A stretch of 64,000 bases of DNA. It comes from Octopus sinensis. Lineage: Eukaryota. The notes under the pieces were generated by a model, which was given only the letters and a program-made list of their open reading frames with translations, did not search any database and was not told where the DNA came from. Position numbers and translations under genes: made by a program. The stretch spans positions 1,178,001 through 1,242,000 of the forward strand of contig NC_043006.1 in NCBI RefSeq assembly GCF_006345805.1, given 5' to 3'. Shown here in pieces: positions 52,313 to 64,000 of the stretch. The first letter of the stretch is position 1, and the number at the start of each line of letters is the position of its first letter.

Positions 52313-52652
52313 AGTCTATTCACCCGTTTCTCCCTTCCTAACTGTATCCCCTTATCACACACCCTGTATTTCTCCCTCCCTCCCTCCCTGCCACATATTT
52401 CATATATTGTTACATTGTAAACCATCTTACACTCAGGTTTCCTTTTCCTCTTCTTTTTTTCTTTTCTCTTCCACCTTCTTTTTCTTTCTCTTCATTCTAT
52501 TTCTCTCTCTGCATTTTTTTCAATTCCCATGTCTACCTTTCTTTCACTCAACATATCAAACCAAAATTCATGCTCGCAACAGAAACACCCACCTCTCTTT
52601 CTTCACTTCTATCTATCAAGTACAAGCACACACACACATACGCACACACACC

Positions 52653-52702
<50 letters not shown>

Positions 52703-53167
52703 TTAATAATAGCAGAAATAGCCAAACTGCAGTCATGTTTATCGTATGAGACACAGTGTAGTAGTCTGAGTTATATAATTTATTCCAACACATAAAGAAA
52801 CTGCTCGACTACCTTCTTCAATAAACATGATATAATTGTTATTGTTTACGCTATTATAGTTACAGTCCGCATCGGCATTGCATACATACAATGCTATTGC
52901 TGATGTTGTTGTTGCTGTTTTCACTGATCTTTTTACCGTTATTTCCGTTTCTGTTTTCCATTTATGTCCCCATGCATCAGCATTCTTTATCTTTCGGTTT
53001 CTCTCTCTTTGATGTACCTGTCTTTTGATTTGCCTGTCTTTGTCAGTCAGTCTCAACGTCTTCCACTTTCTAATTTTTCGGCCCCGCATTCCCGTCCGTT
53101 TCTGTCTTTATTCCTCCTGCCATCCCAAACGCCCCTCCCCCCTACCCTAAACACACACACACACACA

Positions 53168-53237
<70 letters not shown>

Positions 53238-53486
53238 CTCCTCTTCGTGTATGTTGTTTGAGAAATCGACTCCAGAAAAAAAATATCGGAAGAATTCGGT
53301 TTGCAGGATGTCAAATTGTGGAAATAAAAGAAAGAGAAAGTGGGAGAGAGAGAGGGGGCAGAGGGGGAGGAATAAACACAGAGAAGGGGAGAGAGAATGG
53401 GGGTGGAGTAGGACATGGTACAGGCTTAAATGCATGCACACATACATACATGCATACGTATATGCATATATGCATATACGTATGCA

Positions 53487-53518
<32 letters not shown>

Positions 53519-53982
53519 CAAGCATACATCTATGGATTCATACAAACATTCAGGTAGCATATATAACTGCATGCATATATAGATAATATACATGCATGCA
53601 TATATAGATAGTATACATACATACATACACACACTCACATGCGCACAAGCATACATACATCCTAACAGGAAGACAGACAGACATCCAGACAGGTACGCAC
53701 ACAATAGACTCATCACTGTTTATCTCTTTATGCCGATTCATTGATCGGTGACAAAGAGTACGCACTGACTGGCTCCAAACCGAGACGCGTTCACTTTATT
53801 CAGCAAATTACCTTCTAAACAATAGCTAACATTAAGGTGAAATCCGAATTAATAGTTTCCGTACAATAACTACACATCACAAATACGTAAATTAATTAAT
53901 TTTCGACAAGAGAGCTTCTTCACAGTCGTTCAACTTGCTAAAAATAGTAGTGAAAATCCTCACTCAGATATATAACTCAAAA

Positions 53983-54400
53983 GACGGTGAATTGGCAGAG
54001 ACGTTAGCACGCCGGGCGAAATGTTTAGCGGTATTTCGTCTACCGCTACATTCTGAGTTCAAATTCCGCCGAGGTCGACTTTGCCTTTCATCCTTTCGGG
54101 ATCGATTAAATAAGTACCAGTAACGCACTGGGGTCGATATAATCGACTTAATCCGTGTGCCTGTCCTTGTTTGTCCTCTCTGCGTTTAGCCCCTTGTGGG
54201 TAGTAAAGAAATAGGTATTTCGTCTGCCGTTACGTTCTGAGTTCAAATTCCGCCGAGGTCGACTTTGCCTTTCATCCTTTTGGAGTCGATAAATTAAGTA
54301 CCAGTTACGCACTGGGGTCGATGCAATCGACTTAATCCCCTTTTTCTCTCATTGTTTGTCCCCTCTATGTTTAGCCCTTGTGGGCAATAAAGAAATAAGA
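53983..54400 (+). mobile_element. SINE family A head-to-tail dimer (second unit headless)
   Basis: tatttcgtct..gagttcaaattccgccgaggtcgactttgcctttcatcc occurs twice, ~186 bp apart. Confidence 0.9.
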
Positions 54401-55189
54401 TATAACGCAACTGCCATAAAAAAGGAAAGATGTGTTAGATAATATGGTCCTTCCTTATTACATCCCACAAAAAAATGAAAATTAAATAGTCAAGGTCAGT
54501 CAAAGGTTGCTTAATCAAGATTGATCTAAGGCTGATTTGTAACAACAGCATCAAATGACGGACATTAAGCAGACCACACATCTTGTAAGCCCCAATCGCT
54601 CAAGACTGAACATGGAAAGCATGCTTGATGTTGTGTTTATCACTTAGAAGCAGTGTCCCTTATACCCTAAAATGATCAACGCTAGAGGTCACATTTGTGA
54701 GAGGTCATTGGCCAGTTGGTATTACTGAGCTTCTTTCAGTCTGTCCACTTTTCTGCGACAGAATCCAACATCCCTTCTCTTCTCCCATCTTCAGGTAGCA
54801 GCGAATTCCACTCCTCCATCTCACTCTATCATCTGCAAATGTCTTCTAGTAATTTTTTTTATTAATAGTGAACACTGCACAGTTACACATCAGGAAAATG
54901 AACTGCAATAACAACGTATTACCAAGTTCGATTTCTTTCCTGGCCGCTCCCTTTATATGGAAACGTGCATTGATGGTTTATCCTTATAAATATGCGATGT
55001 TTATTCCGGTTGTTTCCAAACCTTTTTAGGAGAAGCAGTTATAATTGTCCTAAATTATTGTGATTTTTGTATATCATTTTAATACATTCAATAAGGTGAA
55101 CTGCCGACTTTTGTTGCATTGCTGTAACTGTACTTGGAACATACCCTACAAAACCCTGCTTGTCACAGCAGGATAGTTTGCATAATGCA

Positions 55190-55600
55190 ATCGCGAAAGG
55201 AAGACAATTTGAATGCTCACTATTCAATGGTGATAAACTGGGCAAAAACGCTACAGAAACTTTTTTAATGATTCAGAGTGATTATCGATTACCTTATATG
55301 GCTCGAGCATCTATTTTTCCTTGGTACCAGAGGCCAGGCAAAGGAAGACCGTTGGGAAGCTCATGACGAACCTATTTTTCCACAGAAAAAGCATCATCTA
55401 CATCTGTTAGGTTCCTATGGCCGGACAGTCAACAACAACAAAAATCACTGTGGAGGTTTTGAGGGAATTCAGGAAGAGCTTTCGTCGGTCATGCTAGGAA
55501 AAGAAGAGTTAAACAACAAACGGGGTGGGAGTGGGTGACAATCAGACACGCCGAGACGCAGGCTGACAGCGTTCGAAGGTTTTGCTCACAAAATGCAGGT
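55190..55600 (+). mobile_element. Decayed mariner transposase fragment
   Basis: KLGKNATETFLMIQ..ARASIFPWY resembles the mariner N-terminal HTH. Confidence 0.4.
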
Positions 55601-55888
55601 ATTTTAATCAAAACAAAACTGCAGATTCTTATCGTAAATTGTATCTACTTTATCAGTTTCACTCACACACACACACACACACACATTCACACACACACAC
55701 ATCACTGTGATCACTTCGACACCTGACGCGTGGTACACGGTGCACCTATTCAGGCAATGTCGATGTGATGGAGGGGGGAGTGAGGTAATGTGCAGCATTA
55801 ACATTTGATCACTATAAACAAATCATTTGTGCAGGTTTTTCGGCAAAAGTTAAACGCTCATACGTCGTCTTCGACGAGAGACTTCATC

Positions 55889-55949
<61 letters not shown>

Positions 55950-56049
55950 TATAATATAGTCTTCAACTGTATCGTAGGGCCGACTAAAGCCTCGTCAGTA
56001 GATTTGGTAGGTGCAAACTGAAAGAAAACCTCCATATGTATGTAAGTCA

Positions 56050-57270
56050 TTATTGAGTTTTATTTCAAGATTTCTTGTCAATAGAGAAAGAGCCGGTTTC
56101 TAACCTAGATTCAGGGCTCCTTCATAGGAATTTCATCACCAACAGCATGGTATTTTTATTTGTTTGTATGTATGTATGCATGCATGTACGTGCAGATTTG
56201 TGTTTTATGTATGTATTCTCATGCATAGAGTTACATATCTAGACATGCTCATATATATATTTAAATGATAAACTTCTGGAAAGTTTTACAGATTTTTACA
56301 GTTCCAGTGATGGATTGAATCTGTAACTTTCGACTTAGCTTTCTCCTTTCTGGTTTTGAGAAGTCTAATTTCTCAAGATTGGTATTTAGGCAGCGTGTTA
56401 CATATCTCAGGCGTGCAGGTTTGTATTTTTTGTTTAATGCATTTATTTTCATGGATATATTTGCATATCTAGACATGCTCATTTATATTTAAACGATAAA
56501 CTTATGGAAAGTTTCACAGATTTTTACAGTTCCGGTAATGGATTGGATCTTCGGATTAGCTTTCTCCTTTCTGGTTTTGAGAAGCCTAATTTCTCAAGGC
56601 AGTGCGTTACATATCTCAGCGACCCATTGATTACAGGTATAAACCTGAACTTGTAATCTGGATAGAGTAACTTCAGATTTCTCAGTAGTTCAGCGTAGGT
56701 ATTCTCTTTTTCACTAATCTTCTGCTTTGAGTTAATATCTGCTGGACAGCTGATTTCCACACCTGTACACAGCTTCTCTTCTCTATCCCAAATCACTATA
56801 TCAGGTCTATTGTGTTTACATTTTATTGTGGTTTTCATGGAAACATTCCACCAGTATTCCTTTTTATCATGATTTGCTATGACTTCCACCATATTGTAAG
56901 TTCTTATTTCTTTGTCCTCGGTGTTATCCTTTCGATGGATCTCGTTATACAGTGTCCTAGCTATACTATCATATCTCATCGGTAGATAATACCGTGATGA
57001 CATTTTTGGACAACTACTTATGATGTGGGTGATATATTCGGTGTTAACTCCACAAAGTCTGCATTGGTTGCCACATTTTTCTGCTTTTCCTGTATCTCTG
57101 TCCCTTTTGTACATCAGGTATTTGGTTGATATTCCCTGTCCCTGGATTGCAAACAAATGCCCTTCAAAGTGGGTGGTAGCGATCCGGTTGTTGGCCCATG
57201 ATAGACTACTTTCGTGATCAATGTTACTATCATCTCTGAGCTTCCTACTAAATATATGGTCTGTTCATAT
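56050..57270 (-). mobile_element. R4/Dong-like (restriction-like endonuclease) LINE 3' portion
   Basis: CRLCGVNTEYITHIISSC (CCHC), R(Y)D, HNRPDIVIWD, VEISCP, KENTY motifs; 3' UTR ends aaataaaactcaataat; tandem ~190-bp duplication near the ORF end. Confidence 0.85.
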
Positions 57271-57280
57271 ATTTTTCGTC

Positions 57281-57578
57281 GCCCTTTTCAAGCCTAGCCA
57301 GGCTCATGGGCCTGGTTTCCCGGTTTCTGTGGCGTATGTGTTCCCCCCAGCTGGACGGGACTCCAGGCCATCGCAGCGTTACTCAAGAAACAGGAAGAAA
57401 GAGTGAGAGAAAGTTGTAACGAAAGAGTACAACAGGGGTCACCACCACCCCATGCCGGAACCTCGTGGAGCTTTTAGGAGTTGTCGCTCAATAAACACAC
57501 ACAACGCCCGGTCCGGAAATCGAAACCGGGATCCTCCGACCGCGAGTTCGCTGCCCTAACCACTGGGCAATTGCACCT
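57281..57578 (-). mobile_element. SINE family C, tail type 3
   Basis: Collinear with 32951-33220. Confidence 0.85.
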
Positions 57579-57619
57579 CCGTCTGCTCATATACACTCAT
57601 CCTTTAATCTGATGATACG

Positions 57620-57845
57620 TTGCGGTAGAGTCGTGCAACTTCTTTGGGCATGTATTCTAGGTTATCAGACAGACAAGCAATGCTGCCAAGGAGCTGCCTT
57701 CCAAGTCTTATGAAGTTATCAGCTTAACGTAAGCGAACTTGGTCAGGGGATGCACTTGGACACATGGTGGTTAAAAGATGTTGCCGAAGAGATGTGGTAC
57801 GACATTCAAAGGCATTTTGGATACATGTTAAAACTCTGCCTCCTA
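57620..57845 (+). mobile_element. Decayed RTE-like 3' end with (ATGT)n tail
   Basis: WHVF..R..TWWLKDV-like remnant followed by (ATGT)n. Confidence 0.35.
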
Positions 57846-58239
57846 CGTATGTATGTATGTATGTATATATGCATGTATGTATGTATGTATGTATGTATGT
57901 ATGTATGTATGTATGTATGTATGTATGTATGTATGTACGTATGTATGTACGTACGTACGTATGCATGCATGCTTATATATATAGAGAGAGATGTGTATCT
58001 ATATGTACGTGTGTGTACATACATTATGTGGGCAATATTTCCTACCGAGAGGTTTCAATTGTGTCCGACTCTTCAAGTTCTTCAACTCTGTGTATGTACA
58101 TATATTTACTAGATTGCTGACATTTGTTAATGGTTTTTCTCATTGTGTTGATGTGCCTCTTTCTATCATACATAAAACTGTCGGCAATTTGACGACACGG
58201 ATATACTAGTAGTTACATAATAGACAAATTACCTTCTTG

Positions 58240-58660
58240 ATTTCATACCAAACTAAAACTGGAACGGCAACGGATCATGATAAAACGATGTCAAGAAACG
58301 CCCCTTCATGACAAATACTGGGTTAAACTAAACAGAAAAGAAATAGACATCCAAAATCCCAGCAATGGCTGAGAAGCTCAGGACTGAAAGCAGAGACTGA
58401 AGGATTTTTAATTGAAGCACAAGACCAAAGCCTCCCCAACAGAAATTACCAAAAACATGTAATGAAAAGAAATGCAATTAACTGCAGAATATGTGGAGAC
58501 GGAGAAGAAACAATATGTCATATTTTCCCTGATTGTCCAGTCCTGGCTAAGAAGGAATATATTCACAGACACGACAGAGTTGGAACCTATATACACTGGA
58601 AGTTATGCCAACACTATGGAATAGCAATAGAAAAAGATGGTATAGACACACGCCAGAAAG
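58240..58660 (+). mobile_element. Second R4/Dong-like LINE fragment
   Basis: WLRSSGLKAETEGFLIEAQDQSL..CRICGDGEETICHIFPDCPVLAKKEYIHRHDRV (CCHC plus RHD). Confidence 0.85.
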
Positions 58661-58693
58661 GGTACCAGAAAGCAGGTGATAAAAATAAGACGA

Positions 58694-58697
<4 letters not shown>

Positions 58698-58779
<82 letters not shown>

Positions 58780-58816
58780 CAACGACAACGACAACGATAA
58801 TAACAACAACAACAAC

Positions 58817-58862
<46 letters not shown>
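58698..58862. repeat. (AAT)n/(AAC)n microsatellite
   Basis: Direct reading; explains the poly-N and poly-L ORFs. Confidence 0.95.
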
Positions 58863-58865
<3 letters not shown>

Positions 58866-59384
58866 GCCCTGATGCAGTACCAGGCTTCTGATCTTAACTG
58901 ATTGGAAGTGTTTTCATGTACACTGTTTTGTTTTAGTCTAAAAGATGGACTACAGCAAATATTCTGCTCAATACCACAGATTTGCTTGTCAGTTGTTTGA
59001 CCTTAACCAGTTGAGCATATTCCTTTGTGGCTGACGATATCTGCATCTCTGATCACGAGTAGAAGTAGTGGGGGAGCATCATAGCCGTGTGTTGAGAGGT
59101 ATTATTTGGGCTTGAATAATTCACCTCTGGAAACATGGGAGTTTCGTTCAATATCCTAAAAATAACTCTTATTCAGGGACCTTTTGAGCGGGATGGGCTA
59201 CTCGACCAGAAGAAAATTCTAACTGGGCCCCACCTGCAAGGTCATGCAGTGTTTATCTTGCTATAAGTTCACCATGTCGAGCAGATGTGGTTGTGATGCA
59301 TGTGCCTGGTGCAACATTATCAGACGGGTAGTCATGATGGGTATACAGGGCTTCGTATATTTGTACCCCAGTATTACTTTGATG
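58863..59384 (+). repeat. Family E repeat
   Basis: Reverse complement of 5454-5997; begins directly after (AAT)n. Confidence 0.85.
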
Positions 59385-60441
59385 TATTACTTAGCTATAT
59401 CAAGTTCCAGTAAAACATTATAAGAACTCGTTAATTTGAATGTTTTTCTACGGCATGAAATGCTTTGCATCATCTCAGGATAAATTACATGTTTGCCGTC
59501 TTTTATTTATATCGAATGTATTTGAGTTCAAAGGAACGTTAACTCTGTAGCAGCCTGATTATCCTTTACATCTCCAACAACAGCCTATATTATTTGAGCG
59601 GGAAATTTCGCTGGAACTTTCTCTGGTGAACATCTTGTAACGCTTGCAGTTGGAGAAATCAATCCGAAATAATGTTTGGTTGCTGTAAAAGAAATCAAAA
59701 ATACCTTCAACATTCTAGCGTTTTAATACAAAAGGAATAGAATGTAAAGAAAATATTAAAATGATTCGAGTCTTTTGTCTGCTTTATGAAGATTCACAAA
59801 CATATGGAATCGCAATTAGATCAAGAATGTCCTTCCCTATTCTCTCTTCACGTATCTTTTTTTTTTTATTTCGTCACTGTTTGTTTTATCTTTTTTTTCT
59901 TCTCTAATGTGTCTGATGATTTGTTTGTTTTTATGTCATTGTTCGTCCTGCATAGAAATTGAAGTTGCTCGCCTATTTACAATTATTCTGTTTGCATGAA
60001 ACACTTCGCCACGTATAAATGCTAGCCTCTCACTAATTCCATTATTCTGCTTGATTCTCTCATATTTTCAGTAACATTTGTATTGTCTTTCAATTCTATA
60101 AATTCTCTTTCTGTTTGCCTTCCTTCATTCTATAGCACGACACTGTATGTTGACCACTTTACATTCAAAATTAATGTTACACTCCGTTGCTGTTTGACCA
60201 AATCAATAAAATATGACAGGTTCTGACGAAACCCATAAAGCAAGAGCGACGTCAATTCAGTGGCGATGGTTCGATTCCCACTTCTTACATCTTCGTAGGA
60301 ATTTCTTACGTCACTAAGTCAGTTAGGAAATGTATAGATAGACTTTGAATTATAACCCACTAAAATTTCCCTCTCTGCAACATAGTGAAAACAAAGAAAA
60401 ATGATACATAATATAATTTACACACACGAGCATATATATAT

Positions 60442-60559
<118 letters not shown>

Positions 60560-60844
60560 CACATATTTTCAACTTTATATATATATATATATAATTCAAT
60601 CGATATGCGTGTATCTTATCTCAGATAATACAAAAATAACGTAATGAGTATATCTCACAGTAAACTCGTGGCATCAGTTTGCACATCACGAAATAATACT
60701 TAAAAGATATATCCCCAAAAATTGAATTATTATTGAATTTTAGCAGATTCTTTGTATATTTATAGATAAATATATAAATATATGTAGATGCATATAACGC
60801 TGAAGTGTTGCACCTGATTGATGTGGAAATTTGTTTTCCCAATT

Positions 60845-60903
<59 letters not shown>

Positions 60904-61749
60904 TATACACATATACATATACATGAATATCCATACTTACGTACACACGTATATTTAATATATATATATATATCCAAATATACATATATACATTACATAA
61001 TTAACATACATACATACATACATACATACATACATACATACATACATACATACATACACCTTATATAATACATACATCCCTCCATCTTGTTATTTGACGA
61101 ACATTAAGTGGAAGGAGACAGAGATGGGTTAGTTTACGTGTTTGTCGTTTGTGTTGGTATTATTTTTATGCAGGCAAAGAGTTATCCCCCCCTACCAATG
61201 ATCATCGGGATCTCCTTTGTCTCTTCGGTGTTTACTGCTGCATTTTTCTTTTCTCATTCTCTCGCTGCAAACATAATAGTGCATAAATTCGTTCCAAATA
61301 TTGACGATCTTTGGGTTTTAGTTACATATATTCTGCGGGATGAATAAAGTCCAGTGAAATACAAACCTAGATTTCGATATCCCGAATAAGCTAAGCGAAT
61401 AGTAAATGCTTTAAAAATCACTTATAAAATGGGAGAATGACAGATTTCTCTTTTAAATCGCTGAACAGCTTGTGGTTTTAATTTTAAGTTACTGCGTTAG
61501 CATCAAAATAACGAACACACACATTCACACGCACACATTCATGCACGCACACGCACATGCCCACACACACATACACATACACATAACATATAATTTTACA
61601 TATTTGAAAAGCTATATTTCTTAATGAGAAATTTATTTTTTACGATGCTAGCATACTAATTTCAAACAATTAGGCTGTTCAGTAATTAAAAACAAAATCT
61701 GTAATAATACTTCCTATTATATGTACAAAGCCTGAATTATTTTAAGCGA

Positions 61750-62360
61750 GGGCTTAAGTCGATTACACTAGTCATCAATTGCTTCTTATTTTATCGACCC
61801 CGAAAGGATGAAAGGCAAAGTAGACATCGGAGGCATGTGAACTCAGAACGTAAAGACGGACGAAGTACTTCGAAGCATTTTTCCCGGCGTACTAACGATT
61901 CTGCCAGCTCGCCGCCTTAGAAACCTGTTATACAGGTTTCAGATTTTTGTACAAGGCCAGCAATTCCGGGGGAGGCGATAAATCGATTACACCGATCCCA
62001 GTGCTCAACTAATACTTATTTAATCGACTCTGAAAGGACGAAAGATAAAGTCGACACCGAAGACACTTCAAATCAGAACGTAAAGTCAGAAGAAATGCCA
62101 CTAAGCATTGTGTCCGGCGCGGTTACTATTCTCTAATAATCCTTTCAACTAAAGGCACAAATCCTGATATTTTGTGGGAGGGGACTAGTCGATTACATCG
62201 ACCCCAATGTTTCACTGGTCCTTAATTTATCAACCCCGAAAGGATGAAAGGCAAAGTCGACTTCGGTGGAATTTAAACTTAGAGCATAAAGGCGGACGAA
62301 TTGCCGCTAAGCATCTCGTCCGGCGTTCTAATGATTCTACCATCTCACCGCCTTCAAAAC
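61750..62360 (-). mobile_element. Cluster of three diverged SINE family A-like copies
   Basis: atcgaccccgaaaggatgaaaggcaaag-type box at ~61795, ~62025 and ~62230. Confidence 0.75.
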
Positions 62361-63050
62361 TGTTAATAATGGCACTTAATACGTGTCATTTAATACATTT
62401 AAAAATTTCGTTTCGCTCACTCGGGATACCGAGGTCTATTTTTGTATTTTCCCGGATTGATTGGGTTTCATTATCGATCCGACAGATATGTGTCCCTAAA
62501 ACCAAACATCGTCCAAATATTTCAGAATTCATAAATGGATGGTGTTAGCGAAAGAAGACACCTTATAAATGCTAATCCCACACTTCCACACTAAAATCTT
62601 ATTTAAGTGTTGCTCGTAAAAGACGATTAATTTAGTGACATAACTAATTAGTACGAAATAATTATCTCTTCTCAGTTACTCACTAATGGAATAAAACAGC
62701 TATTATTTAGTTGGTGTGTATTTGAACACGTCGACTTGGCAACAGACACCATTTTCATATATAAACTATCATGTCGAAGCCAAGTGCACATATCAAAACA
62801 GATGTTTCAGCCTTATTGAATTATTGACTGAACATCTCAGCCAACATTGCCCAATTGAGCATACACTTCTCTCTCTTTGTATTTATTTTAACGGAGCGTA
62901 TTTTAAACATATTTAGCGGCTGCTATATGATTCCGTTGAAATTAATTTACTTCAGTTATGTTGCTAACACTCATGAAGGAGCCATAAATCTATTATATTA
63001 AAATGCTTTGGTGCAAAAGATCTGTCACGCAGTGGGAAGGCGATGGTAGA

Positions 63051-63095
<45 letters not shown>

Positions 63096-63799
63096 AATAG
63101 TGAGCGAGAAAAACTGTCGTATGACCGTCGAGGAAGCTGAAACTAATAGGGAATGAATGAGAATTTTTAATCAAAAATGAAGGTAAAGTATGAACGATGA
63201 GTTATAAATAAAAACATCTAGAATACGAATACATTTGATTGTAAAATACAGCGAAGGATGCCTGCGGGTCTCGAACTCACATGAAGTGCGAACATAACAG
63301 ATGTTACCATTCTACGAAAGCAATACTTCAAAATTTCTCTATCCACTTTAAGGAACTTAGTTCCTACAAGCGAGAATTGTGTGTTGTTTATATTGTATGA
63401 ATCTCAGAATCTTCGAGAAATGTGAAATAAAGGTTTTGACTCCTCCCATCCAGGGGTTATTTTAGTCTAATATTTTTTTACATATTAATAGTTCTATCTA
63501 CTTCGAAAGCCACCGTTAAAAATGATACATTTCAAATCTCTCAAAGTTTCTAGAATTTTTATATGTAAGCAAACGTTAAAAATGTTTTCTTTTTAAATAT
63601 ATTCCTTGCGCCTGACTTATTTCATTTTTAACGCTTGTTTTCCACCTCTAATGAATAATATATATATATATATATATAGTTGAGTGTAGAAATTCGGGGT
63701 GAGTACTTGATAATTATAAGCACCTGTGGTATACCGTTTGGTGGTGTAGGTGGTGGAGTAAATTGATCAAAATAAAAATGAAAATAAAAACATGAGGCG

Positions 63800-63870
<71 letters not shown>

Positions 63871-64000
63871 GTATAACTACCATTCCTTCCTCTTTTTCCA
63901 GCACCTTCTCCTCTTCCCACGTAACGCAAACAAAAGTGCTCTCATACTCCAATCAACCTTTTCATTGGTCTAAATCAATAGACGACCCTCAATTAAACAT

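Overview
AT-rich, microsatellite-saturated eukaryotic DNA with no recognisable host gene. The SINE, LINE and PLE repertoire suggests an octopus or other cephalopod (inference, no database search). Almost all identifiable content is mobile DNA: at least four tRNA-derived SINE families, RTE, CR1-like and R4/Dong-like LINE fragments, a nearly intact IR/DR Tc1, mariner remnants, a Sola2-like remnant, a non-autonomous Helitron, and Penelope-like elements (PLEs) of about three clades. One PLE has a 579-aa RT + GIY-YIG ORF flanked by long inverted repeats. The main hidden signal is a set of about 11 type I hammerhead-ribozyme (HHR) motifs found by eye, several of them degenerate. The better ones have palindromic (dimer-type) stem III and covarying stems. 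They lie in PLE terminal repeats and in ORF-less, tandem or circularly permuted ~430-bp elements that look like retrozymes. All alignments, folds and family names were done by eye or from memory and need computational confirmation.
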